Notes: a model not told the origin generated them from the letters alone. A stretch of DNA of 64,000 nucleotides from Tubulanus polymorphus (GCF_964204645.1 NC_134025.1:31600299-31664298); one strand, 5' to 3'. Shown: positions 11,328 through 23,900, numbered from the stretch's first letter. Made by a program: numbers and translations.

Positions 11328-14300
11328 TTATTTAGTTTTCTGTTGAACTGTAGTCGGAAGGTGATCTTTAGCAGGAAATCCATGTAGGAACAATAAAACA
11401 ACCATATGTGCCATAAATGGAATAAATAATAACCATTTCAAATCATTCAATATACTCATATTAATCCTGAAAATATACAAATAAATATATCACAGTTTGA
11501 TTCTGGGGTCTGGCCAGACGAGGAGTGACCCTCACATACATAGATATATCACAGTTTGACGCCTGGTCCGGCCAGACGAGGAGTGACCCTCACGTACATA
11601 GATATATCACAGTTTGACGCCTGGTCCGGCCAGACGAGGAGTGACCCTCACGTACATAGATATATCACAGTTTGACGCCTGGTCTGGCCAGACGAGGAGT
11701 GACCCTCACGTACATAGATATATCACAGTTTGACGCCTGGTCCGGCCAGACGAGGAGTGACCCTCACGTACATAGATATATCACAGTTTGACGCCTGGTC
11801 CGGCCAGACGAGGAGTGACCGTCACGTACATAGATATATCACAGTTTGACGCCTGGTCCGGCCAGACGAGGAGTGACCCTCACGTACATAGATATATCAC
11901 AGTTTGACGCCTGGTCCGGCCAGACGAGGAGTGACCGTCACGTACATAGATATATCACAGTTTGACGCCTGGTCCGGCCAGACGAGGAGTGACCCTCACG
12001 TACATAGATATATCACAGTTTGACGCCTGGTCCGGCCAGACGAGGAGTGACCGTCACGTACATAGATATATCACAGTTTGACGCCTGGTCCGGCCAGACG
12101 AGGAGTGACCCTCACGTACATAGATATATCACAGTTTGACGCCTGGTCCGGCCAGACGAGGAGTGACCCTCACGTACATAGATATATCACAGTTTGACGC
12201 CTGGTCCGGCCAGACGAGGAGTGACCCTCACGTACATAGATATATCACAGTTTGACGCCTGGTCAAGCCAGACGAGGAGTGACCCTCACGTACATAGATA
12301 TATCACAGTTTGACGCCTGGTCCGGCCAGACGAGGAGTGACCCTCACGTACATAGATATATCACAGTTTGACGCCTGGTCCGGCCAGACGAGGAGTGACC
12401 CTCACGTACATAGATATATCACAGTTTGACGCCTGGTCCGGCCAGACGAGGAGTGACCCTCACGTACATAGATATATCACAGTTTGACGCCTGGTCCGGC
12501 CAGACGAGGAGTGACCCTCACGTACATAGATATATCACAGTTTGACGCCTGGTCCGGCCAGACGAGGAGTGACCCTCACGTACATAGATATATCACAGTT
12601 TGACCCCTGGTCCGGCCAGATGAGTGACCCTCACGTACATAACAGGACCTGGACAATAAAGCTGGGACATTTCTTTAAAATATGCAGCTATAAGGCTAAA
12701 AGAAATTGATACCTTGTTTCTCCGCTCTGCTGAGCTTAAATGTTGACCCGGCCGGCCGCCTATCTACCCTATACATTACTATTTTTAAAATCGTGATCAA
12801 TTTCACCATAACAGACCCGGCCGCTATAGAAATGAACTGTTTATAAATTTTATCATATTTTACAAAAATGACCCGGCCGCTGCGGAGAAACAAGGTATCA
12901 TTTTTGTTTAGCCAAAGGTTCCAATTCCACAGTTTTAGTCAAATTAATTCATTTCCATTGTTCATTCTTTTAAAAAACCAAATTCTCTACATGAGATCTG
13001 TGGAACTGGGTCAAGGTGAAGGGAAGTCTGTGGAACTGGTTCAAGGTGAAGAGAGATCAGTGGAACTGGGTCAAGGTGAAGGTTGATATTTACCGGATCT
13101 GTTTAGTATCGACTGCTTTGAATCCGTATTGATTAGTAATAATCAATACCACGTGACCTTGCAACGAGAAACCACTGACGTCGATATCCAGACTATATTC
13201 ACCCGATTCTCTGAATTCATCTTTCTTCAATAGTCTAGATCCGATATAAACCTATAAACATATATTATAACAATCGATCATTCTATTTATGATAATCTTG
13301 ATGAATTTCACCCCATCCCCTCACTAACCAGGGCTTACTTGCCTCCCCCTGGAGCTCATGTCGGTGTGACAGGAGCTGAGACTAACCCCTGGCATGTGAG
13401 TAAACTTACCCTCGCGGTATACAATGTTTTATCATTCTGCTTCCAATGATTCTCAACTATACGGAATTTTAAGGAGAACCAACTTCCAATTATTTCTTTG
13501 GGTGAATTTTCATCTTGTAAAATCTGAGTTGATAACTGTAGATAGAAGAGACCAAAAACACTGAAAACACTGACTACAAGTTCAGCCACGACTCAGTTCC
13601 AATAGTTCGGGATAATTCTCTGCTAAACTGATTTAATTCCTGTGTTAAAAAATAAGGTCCATTTCCAATGTTTTGACTAATCTTGAGTCAAATAGTAACA
13701 GAAAACTGTGGACTCCAGTAAAACTGAATCCAGAACTGTGGAACTGGGTTCAGAACTGTGGAACTGAGTTCAGAACTGTGGAACTGAGTTCAGAACTGTT
13801 AAACTGGATCCAGAACTGTGGAACTGGGTTCAGAACTGTGGAACTGGGTTCAGAACTGTTGAACTGGATCCGGAACTGTGGAACTGAGTTCAGAACTGTG
13901 GAACTGGAACCAGAACTGTGGAACTGGGTCCAGAACTGTGGAACTGGGTCCAGAACTGTGGAACTGGGTCCAGAACTGTGGAACTGGATCCATAACTGTG
14001 GAACTGGATCCAGAACTGTGGAACTGGCTCCAGAACTGTGGAACTGGATCCAGAACTGTAGAACTGGATTGAGAACTTAGTGCTGGAAACAGAAGCTACC
14101 TTTGATTGATACGGTTGAATTGAAATTCCTCTGAATAAAGTCGCGTTTGTTAAACCAATACACATTAAAGCGCCATCTTTAGTTCCGATTATGAACTGTG
14201 CAGACGTAGATTCAGTAAAATGAGACAGTAACAGCGGAGAAAGTGATATTTCATCGGTTGAGAAAGAATGACGACATTTTGTATCGTGAGATATCAAATG

Positions 14301-17300
14301 TATTTTACCATCATGTGATATTACAGCCTGAAATATCAAGTAATAAATATCAGTAATATCTGATAATATCATTAACATTTGATAATATCAGTTATATGTA
14401 ATAATATCAGTAATATTTGATATATCAATTGTTGACCTAGTGAAACTCACCACATAAAGTTGAGGTTGTGTATTTTTATGATTCAGCGTCATCAATAAAA
14501 CATTAGTCAGTATTTTTTCAGCTAGTTGTATCGGCCATCCTGACAGTGGCTCACCGGTAATACCATTCAACGCCCAAACTTTACTACAATATAAAATATC
14601 CTTCACAATCATTATCAGCTACAAACTACAATAGACTCCGCACTAATCTGTAGAAATTAGTCTGATTTGAGAGTGATATCTGAGTTCTAATGTAACCTAC
14701 TGTAATTGCTAGAAACTTACCCGTCATTTGTGGTTATAATTACATCTAGAATTCCATCATTATTTAAATCAGCTGTTTCAACCCCCGGTGAAGAACTACC
14801 AGAGATTTCCTGTTCCCAAATCACTTTACTATCGACTCCTAAACAAACCACTATTCCTGACGTATCGACGAATATCATTTCTATTTTACCATCGTGATTT
14901 AAATCAATAACAGAAACCTGGAAATCATTCACAGAATATCAAAATATCATTAAATTTTAAAAACATTCAAAATACACAGTTTATCAACGTGTAGCCTCGC
15001 CACATTCCAGACATCAGGGGCAGCGGTTGGTTAAAGATAACCGACGGATAAATACCATTGTAACAATGAACTTCAATTGTCACTATTCGTAGAGTAACCA
15101 GGTTTAGAATAAGTAACGAGACGAGCAGTACTGTGTAGGTTAACTATTTATTTGACGCATGAGCTTTCGCTACTAATGAATAGAAACTTCATCAGGTGAA
15201 TGAGTGATGAAGCTTCTATTCATTAGTGAATTATTCGAAAGCTCGTGCGTCAAATAAATAGTTAACCTACTACTCGTCTCGTTACTTAATTGTCACTATG
15301 TCAACTATCCACTGGTTAACAATGACCTCTATTGAGTAACTGATGTCCCAAGCAGTCTAAAATGTGTACAAAGCTACTGATTGATTACAGTTAAATGTTA
15401 CTCACATCTCCATGAATTGAATCGAATGATTTGGGGAAGTTTTTACGCGTAATTCCATCGCTGTTTAACACGTGTAAACTACCAGCAGATGTGCCGAGTA
15501 TAATATCAATAGATCGTGAATCAGTTATATCAGCAATTACCGGTGGGTATAATATATAACCTGGATAGTTTGATGTTACCTTAAATATAAACATCATAAC
15601 ATTCACATCAGCCATTATTGATTTATTCATTTCACAGAATTGATGGCAGACACAGGTGGTTGCAGTAGCTAAAACATTGGTTAGAATTAACAAGTGGACA
15701 AATATCAGGCGTTACAAGACAATTTTGATTGTCAATAAATGTCAACAATCCACTGGTTAACTGCGATCAAATTTTGAGCAACTGCAGCCCCTGATGTTTC
15801 CTCACAATTGATGAAATATTTTGTTAAATCCCAAAACGATAAGAAAATAAACAGAATATTTCATCAATTGTGAGAATTGTTTTCATTTTTTTACCTTCGT
15901 CAAATCTAGATAAATAGTTCTAATGATTGAAGATGATGTCATGTTGTAGATCACTAAAGCTCCCAATAAATAATTATTGATTTCTTCGTATTTCAGACCT
16001 AAATTATTTAATTCTGATTCCTGTAAACTAGAAATAAAATCAATTACATTGATTTAACCAGTCATCAATCCTGGGTATTATCAACATCAGAGTCAAAATG
16101 AACCAATAACTGTGGAACTGAATCCAGTAACGGCTGAACTGGGTTCAGATCTGTGGAACTGGGGCCTGAACTGTGGAACTGGGGCATGAACTGTGGAACT
16201 GGATCTTGAACTGTGGAACTGGGGCATGAACTGTGGAACTGGATCTTGAACTGTGGAACTGGGGCCTGAACTATGGAACTGGATCTTGAACTGTGGAACT
16301 GGGGCCTGAACTGTGGAACTGGATCCAGTTGATTACTTTTATTGATTTGTAATTGTTATTGTATGTATCTATTTACCTGTAATATTCTTTATCTAAATAA
16401 TACGTTACTGGTAAAATGATCTCATCAAATTGATCGTCATTATTTAAATCACTGATCACCGGGGTTGTTAAAATATGAGCGTCTATTTTCACATAGTCAC
16501 CTATAAACTATCAAATACACAGTAATACATCTTTATCAAATACACGGTATTACATCTTCATCAAATACACAGTATTACATCTTTATCAAATACATCTATA
16601 TCAAATACACATTACCAGGTATAACTTTAACAAATAGACCCACAGATTACAGATTACTTTATGACAAGTAGATATATTACACTGTAACTAATAGATCACA
16701 AGGTAACGAATTATTTACCGAATTGTAATTAATTTACCTCCTGATTTGCATGTTTCACGTATTCCTTTATTTGATGCTGAACAACATTTAACTGTTTGCT
16801 GTACCAGTATTTCTCTATATAAACTGCATCCAACTGAAAACATACCATTTAATATTCACCTGATTAATATTCATTGATGCATAATTAATTATAGTAGGTT
16901 TATTTTGATTTTTTAATACCTTAAATGATTTATTTTTGATGAGGGACCCATCGGAATTTAAAGCAATCATTTCTGCATCCGATGTTAATATCAAAACATC
17001 TAAAGAACCATCATTGTTTACGTCATGCTGAAAAACAACATCCAAAAAATATATCATTAAACAAAAATCCCAAAAAATAGTTTCATGATTAGAAGAAAGA
17101 GATGATATTTACATGAATAGGTTCAGCGTGTATAGATGAATCGTGCACATAGTGCGGCCATTTTGTATTTGTTATTTCCGTCCCTGTTTTTGCGTCTATT
17201 GCTTTTATAACCTCGGTAAATGTTGCCGCTATAAGATCCGGCGAATTATCTCTGTTTATATCAGTTATCAGTGGTTTGTTGATAAACGGTGCGTTCGCAA

Positions 17301-17667
17301 ATTCTGACGTCCAATACATTTTCAATTCAACTTTATCCAATAACGGGCAACTAAAAAATAAACATTCCATGCAGAGTTATGAAGATGAGCAACCCGGGAT
17401 GAGGGACTTCTGTCACTTAAGGTACAATGTGAGAAGGGGGTCACAGGGGGCTTCATTCAATCACAAAAAAAGTTGGACGAGGTCCAAAATCAAAGCTCCA
17501 AATCAAGTGAAATGAGTGACTGTTTAAGGGTTGGCTCCGGCCGGGCTGTAAACATACTCTATTTGTTCTGCGACGAGTAGTTGTTGAATTCGTGACAGTA
17601 ATAACCACATAAACAATGATTTGTTAATGTTATTTAAAAAATTTTGACAGTTCATGGGCGCCGCCAT
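11328..17667 (-). CDS. DEX1-like (DEFECTIVE IN EXINE FORMATION 1-like) FG-GAP/VCBS beta-propeller membrane protein, ~13 exons
   Basis: Exon peptides: KPLITDINRDNSPDLIAATF, KWPHYVHDSSIHAEPIHHDVNNDGSLDVLILTSDAE, DYVKIDAHILTTPVISDLNNDDQFDEIILPVTYYLDKEYY, YILYPPVIADITDSRSIDIILGTSAG, DLNHDGKIEMIFVDTSG, ADLNNDGILDVIITTNDG, then C-terminal TM LKWLLFIPFMAHMVVLLFL and TAA at 11328. The order and motifs parallel Arabidopsis DEX1 (IDAHILCTPVIAD...SYFFDPEYY; LKWLLVLP). Confidence 0.88.
11485..12640. repeat. 58-bp minisatellite x20 in the last DEX1-like intron
   Basis: Unit TATATCACAGTTTGACGCCTGGTCCGGCCAGACGAGGAGTGACCCTCACGTACATAGA, nearly identical copies, no spacers. Confidence 0.97.
12694..12913. mobile_element. 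MITE with long subterminal inverted repeats
   Basis: GGCTAAA..TGATACCTTGTTTCTCCGC ... GCGGAGAAACAAGGTATCA..TTTAGCC, with internal GACCCGGCCG repeats. Confidence 0.7.
13725..14070. repeat. 20-bp minisatellite (CAGAACTGTGGAACTGGGTC), ~17 copies, derived from a MITE terminus
   Basis: Directly follows a degenerate MITE body (13592-13720). Same motif as the MITE end at ~5068-5085. Confidence 0.92.
15087..15287. mobile_element. Penelope-like pLTR remnant as an inverted pair, with hammerhead ribozyme motifs
   Basis: Inverted repeat 15110-15288. The minus strand reads CACCTGATGAAGTTTCTATTCATTAGTAGCGAAAGCTCATGCGTCAAATAAA. Flanked by the 12-bp direct repeat AATTGTCACTAT (15075-15086, 15288-15299). 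Confidence 0.72.
15154..15198 (-). ncRNA. Minimal type I hammerhead ribozyme motif
   Basis: CUGAUGA-A-[stem II GUUUCUA/UAGUAGC, loop UUCAU]-GAAA-GCUC, with a palindromic AGCU stem III and CUC cleavage triplet. Stem I is weak. Confidence 0.6.
16110..16328. repeat. 20-bp minisatellite (TGAACTGTGGAACTGGGGCC/GGATCT), ~11 copies
   Basis: Same MITE-terminus core CTGTGGAACTGG. Confidence 0.92.
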
Positions 17668-17934
17668 CTTGGGAAAAACTACAATACAAACTCACTCAGC
17701 TGAAACCACGGCCAACACCATTCTAAAATCATTACATAAAACATCGTATATATGATTATAAACCGTGTTTTATACGTATAAACCATGATTTACGTGGTCG
17801 AATGTAGACAGTTAAGAAAATAAACTAATTTTGATGAAATTAATCTTATTTTAATGCGCTCGACGATTCATCCGGAGAGTTAATTAGCTCGTGATTCTAA
17901 CGTCATTTTCCTCTTATAAACAGTCTATGAAATA
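17661..17934. promoter_or_regulatory. Bidirectional promoter between DEX1-like (-) and PTPN23 (+)
   Basis: Only 267 bp separate the two start codons (17667 and 17935). A YY1-type AAGATGGCGG overlaps the DEX1-like ATG. Confidence 0.7.
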
Positions 17935-20900
17935 ATGGAGGCTGTACCGCGGATGCCGATGATCAGTTTTGATCTAAAATTGTCTCCTGATGCTGTTGAA
18001 TTCGGTCATTCTTTACGTCAGGTATTGCATTATTGCGTTGATAATTCTGTTCTACCGGGGGATTACCCTATTTGAACTGTCTGTCAATTATATAACGATT
18101 TTAATGATTATTGTTTATAAACGACAAACACTCTCCGAGTCCCAGTATATTTATGGTATATATACCCAGTAACCCACACCTCACAGGTCAGTTACACGTC
18201 CCAGCTCATGGGCATTAACCCTTGGTCGTATGGGCGCCAAACTCATCATCGCATCTTACCTCACCCCTTGGCCTTAATCAGTTGACTGCTTTATTTTCAT
18301 TGAGCATGAAACCCCAGCATCATCATCCTGGTATCTGGCAACAACGGACTGATTACTCTTCCCCATGGCCCAGTCCAGTGCTAATGATGCAGAGGAGTGA
18401 AGATGTTCAAGTATCTCAACTCAATGTCTACGCAACCAAGGAAAAACTATGTTGCAGTCTGGAAAGATCAGTGTGCCCATCATGTCAGCGCTGAGGGGGG
18501 GGGGGGGGATAGTCAGTTTCTTAACAGCATTCAACTCTTTCTAATCTCAGTGAAACTGTATTTGTATATTTGCAGTACATTAGTGAGAAATATGGAGAAA
18601 ATGCTGATCATTATAATGAAGCAATAAGTGAAATTGATTCCCTCAGAACTGTAAGTATATCAACCCCCTCCCCCTCTCTTTCCCCTCTCCCCCAGCGGTC
18701 CAGTGTCGGATGATAGATGTATTTTTTATTTGCAGAACGCAGTCAGAGTTTCACAGGATTTTATGGGTTGTAGTTTATTAAAGAGATATTACTGTCAATG
18801 TCATCTATTACAAAATAGATTTCCACTTCATGACGGAGACCCATATTCGATATCATTCACCTGGTAAATATCTAATTACACCATTTTATGATTAAGGTAA
18901 AGATTGTTATATTCACTGATTTTATTGATACATTTCACAGGGAAGATATTTTCACTGGTCGAACCGTAACTCAAACCGATGTTCGATTCGAATTAGCTTC
19001 AATATTGTATAATATCGGAGCCCTTCATTCAGTATTAGGGGCTTTAGATACGAGACAAACTCCTGAGGTAAATAGTTACATTGTCTCATTAGTAATTAGT
19101 TACATTGGCTCATTAATGCTTTGTAGATTTGTTACAATGTAATGATGAATTATTTTATTTTTATTTTTTCAGGGTATGAAAATCAGTTGTACTCACTTCC
19201 AGTGCGCTGCCTGGGCGTTCCAACATCTATTAGATACTTATCAATCCTCATATACTTATCACTTTACTAGAGAAGTGCTTACCTTTCAAATCAATCTCAT
19301 GTTGGTAAGTTGTAAACTTCTACTAACAAGGTATAATCCTCCCCTCCACCCCCACCCACTCGATCCCTGCTTGCCTTGGATTATAGCGTGTGACAAATAT
19401 TTAAAATGTTCCTACAATTCATACAATAACTCATATCATCCTGCTCTGACGACCCTGAAATTCACTTCCTGCGTTGCAGAATTGATCTGGTGAGATAAAG
19501 TGTTCGTGATGGTGACTTTAGGTCATTGTGATTCGATTTCTTCAATTCTATAATCATGATAGGAGATAATGATTTATTACTTAGAAGCATCGAACCCTTT
19601 ACAAAATAGAAGAGAAAGATTATAAATCTACTAATCAATCGATCAGCCTGAATCCTCTCTGGATGAATAAAAGTGTTTTAACTGCCTCTTTATAAAAGAT
19701 GATTCAATATTTCTGGATTCCTATTTTGTTGATAGGCTCAGGCTCAGGAATGTATCCTCGAGAAGAGTATGACTGATAACAGAAAGAGTACAATTACAGC
19801 TAAAGTGGCTGCTCAAATAGTAGAATATTACAGAATAGCTTTAGACAACATAGAATCGCAGTTGAATCATTGTAAAAAATTCAAGGTAATCAAAGACAAA
19901 CCAACATCCAGATATAGTTCCATAGTTTCAATGTTATAGATTTGACTGTTTGGGTTAAAATGATTTTAGGAATGGAAGAAAAGAATGGAAATGAAAATTC
20001 AGTTTTATAAATGTGTCATGTATTTATACATGGGAAATCAGTGTGAGGAAAAACAGAGATGGGGAGAACGACTGACCTATTATCAATCATCTCTGGATAC
20101 ATTAGAAAACTGTATCAAACTAGCTAAAGTAAGTATCAAACTAGACAACTGTATCAAACTAGACAACTGTATCAAACTAGCTAAAATAAGTATCAAATCT
20201 GAGAACTGTATCAAACTAGCTAAAATAAGTATCAAACTAGACAACTGTATCAAACTAGCTAAAATAAGTATCAAATCTGAGAACTGTATCAAACTAGCTA
20301 AAATAAGTATCAAACTAGACAACTGTATCAAACTAGACAACTGTATCAAACTAGACAACTGTATCAAACTAGCTAAAATAAGTATCAAATCTGAGAACTG
20401 TATCAAACTAGCTAAAATAAGTATCAAACTAGACAACTGTATCAAACTAGCTAAAGTACCGGTAAGTATCAAATCTGAGAACTGTATCAAACTGTTTGAT
20501 ACAGTTCTAACTATAAAAGTGTTGGATGATCAAGCCGAGATACGTCTGTATTTAGACGAGATGAATAATGAATGAATGTTTTATAGAATGAAGGCGAAGC
20601 TGTTGCTGAATCTTTAAGATTTACTATGGACGTCGTTGGTGGAAAGTAAGTACCTGTAGTTCAATGAAAAAATACTCTGATATATGATATTGATATATCT
20701 AACGATATTGATATATCTGACATGTATCATTGATATGTGATATTGTTATATCTGATATATGATATTGATATATCTGATTTGTTTGTTTGTAAACAGGAGG
20801 AATATCGCTGACAGAGAGAATGCTATGATTTATCATGAGAAAGTTCCTGATATCAATACATTACCTGAAATTAAAGGTTTGTACCAGCTAGGAGGACTGG

Positions 20901-23900
20901 GTTCTGGACTCAGTTCTGGACTCAATAGTTTTTGGTTGTGTATATTACGTATAACCCTGTAATTAATTTAAACAGGAGCCGCTTTAGTGAAAGGAATCCC
21001 GTTTGAAGCTGATGATATTGAAATATCTGGTGCCGATATATTCGCTAAACTTGTTCCGATTGAGGTTCATGAATCCTCATCACTGTACAGGTGTGTGTAT
21101 GAGTGAGTGTTCGTCAGGTATCTGTGAGTGTCTCTCAGTGAGTGTTCGTTAATTCTATTCCGGTTTATTTCAGCGAAGAAAAGGCGAAATTATTGAGACA
21201 AATTGGAGACGAAATTGATCAAAAAGAAACTGAACTCGCGTATGTATTTAAACTACCGTAGACTTAGTTCAGGTCTAGAGTTTCACTGAATATCTTCGAA
21301 GTTACCCCTAGCGGTAAATCCTCTATTTGGGGGTGAAAACCTTGAGTAACATTCAGAAACTTGTGGAATAAATTACTAATTTTCATGGTCCCACATTTAT
21401 GAAACTCGGCCAAATAAATTTTTTTCGACCAAATTCCTCTGACTCTGGGATACATATCTGGAGTTCAATGGTAGGATGACAAATATCTGAATTGATCAGA
21501 GTTTACTGAATACAATCATTGTATTATTTATATTTAGATGAATTGTAACAATTTCGTCAATGTTTCTTCACGAATCTAGGAGTGTATAATGTAATACTGA
21601 TTGTATGAATCTAGGAGTATATAATGTAATACTGACTGTATGAATCTAGGAGTATATAATGTAATACTGATTGTATTGTAGTCAGTTTCTGGTTGCGTTA
21701 AAGTTAGATCGCAGTATGTTAGATTTCGGACCTATGAAATTACCGGAGGAATTACTGGAGAAATGTGCAGCGATTAGTGTTCAAACTGATACCGTACAAA
21801 CTCTTATTGATGCCATGAAACGTAAGTTTTACTCAAACTCCTCCTGAATCTCAGTTCCCGAATCTCAGTTCTCTAAATCTCAGTTCCCGAATCTCAGTTC
21901 TCTAAATCTCAGTTCCCTACATCTCAGTTCCCTAAATCTCAGTTCCCGAATCTCAGTTCTCTAAATCTCAGTTCCCGAATCTCAGTTCTCTAAATCTCAG
22001 TTCCCTAAATCTCAGTTCCCGAATCTCAGTTCCCTAAATGTCAGTTCCCTAAATCTCAGTTCCCTAAATCTCAGTTCCCTAAATCTCAGTTCAACAGTTG
22101 TGGACTCAAGTTCTACAGTTGTGGACTCAAGTTCTACAGTTGTGGACTCAAGTTCCACAATTGTGGACTCAAGTTCCACAGTTGTGGACTCAAGTTCTAC
22201 AGTTGTGGACTCAAGTTCCACAGTTGTGGACTCAAGTTCCACAGTTGTGGACTCAAGTTCTACAGTTTTGGACTCAAGTTCCACAATTGTTTGTTGAGAA
22301 CTGACTAGAATCAAAACTGATTTAGATTCTGTAGTCAAACTGAATTAACAATTTATCAGTGAATTTCCCTCTAATCGTCGAGGTTATAGTTTGATATATC
22401 TATTTCAGGATTATCAGGAATATCGTTAGACGTTCGTGAGAATATCGATGAAATTGAGAGTTTAGTTCAACAAGAAGAGAAAAACGAACGAGAATTTCAG
22501 GAAATATACGGCAAAAAACGAGCTCCGAATATCATAATATCAGAGATAGCGCAAGAGTCTGCGAAATATGAGAGTGTTTTAATGAAAGCTGATCAATCAA
22601 ATTCTGGACTTCATAAAGTGATGGAGGAACAAGTGAAATATCTGAGACTATTGACCGGTCCACTAGAAGAGTTGGATAAATATATTCCTTCATTACAAAC
22701 TCTTAACTGTAAGTTTTATTACTGATTATTCTGATACAGTAGACTACTGCCCGCTTGCCCGGGACTCTGCTTGCCCGGGACTCTGCTTGCCCGGGACTCT
22801 GCTTGCCCGGGACTCTGCTTGCCCGGGACTCTGCTTGCCCTGGACTCTGCTTGCCCTGGACTCTGCTTGCCCGGGACTCTGCTTGCCCTGGACTCTGCTT
22901 GCCCGGGGGTTGATTAGCCCTGATTATCATGTGCCCTGGACTCTGCTTGCCCGGGACTCTGCTTGCCCTGGACTCTACTTGCCCGGGGGCTTATTAGCCC
23001 TGATTATCATGTGCCCTGGACTCTGCTTGCCCGGGGGCTGATTAGCCCTGATTATCATGTGCCCTGGACTCTGCTTGCCCGGGAGCTGATTAGCCCTGAT
23101 TGTTATTTGCACATGCTTTGCTTGACAAAATATTTGAAATTTCTAATCTTCAATTCTTATTGATTTTATCGACCGATCCCTGCTCTGACTGCCTGGAAGA
23201 TGCTGTATTACTTTAAAGAGAATTCACTGATCTCTTGCGGTCGGGGGCAAGCGCGCGTAGACTATAATAATCAATTTCAAACTGTTTTGATCGTTGATTT
23301 TGTCGTTACGGTTACAGCTGAAGAAGATGTTGAATTAATCGACCGTATTAGAATGTTATTGGGTAAAATTGAACAGATGAAAACACAACGTACAGAGTTA
23401 ACAGAGAAGTTACGAGAGAATATACGAGCTGATGATATCACGTTACAGTTAGTGAGCAGTGATCAATCTAATACCGAGGTAACTATTCACTGTTACAGTT
23501 AGTGAGCAGTGATCAATCTAATACCGAGGTAACTATTCACTGTTACAGTTAGTGAGCAGTGATCAATCTAATACCGAGGTAACTATTCACTGTTACAGTT
23601 AGTGAGCAGTGATCGATCTAATACCGAGGTAACTATTCACTGTTACAGTTAGTGAGCAGTGATCGATCTAATACCGAGGTAACTATTCACTGTTACAGTT
23701 AGTGAGCAGTGATCGATCTAATACCGAGGTAACTATTCACTGTTACAGTTAGTGTGCAGTGATCGATCTAATACCGAGGTAACTATTCACTGTTACAGTT
23801 AGTGTGCAGTGATCGATCTAATACCGAGGTAACTATTCACTGTTACAGTTAGTGAGCAGTGATCGATCTAATACCGAGGTAACTATTCACTGTTACAGTT

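Noticed and set aside
11485-12640. CRISPR-like regular array
   Set aside because: Units are contiguous and identical with no unique spacers, there are no cas genes, and it lies in a eukaryotic intron.
13673-14080. Repeat-protein ORFs (also 3573, 6472, 22012-22338, 22703-23163, 28235, 36918, 48646, 60809)
   Set aside because: Stop-free by virtue of minisatellite units; intronic or intergenic, with no domain signal.
18384-18494. C/D snoRNA in PTPN23 intron 1 (ATGATGC...CTGA)
   Set aside because: Imperfect C box, no terminal stem, and no rRNA-complementary guide recognised.
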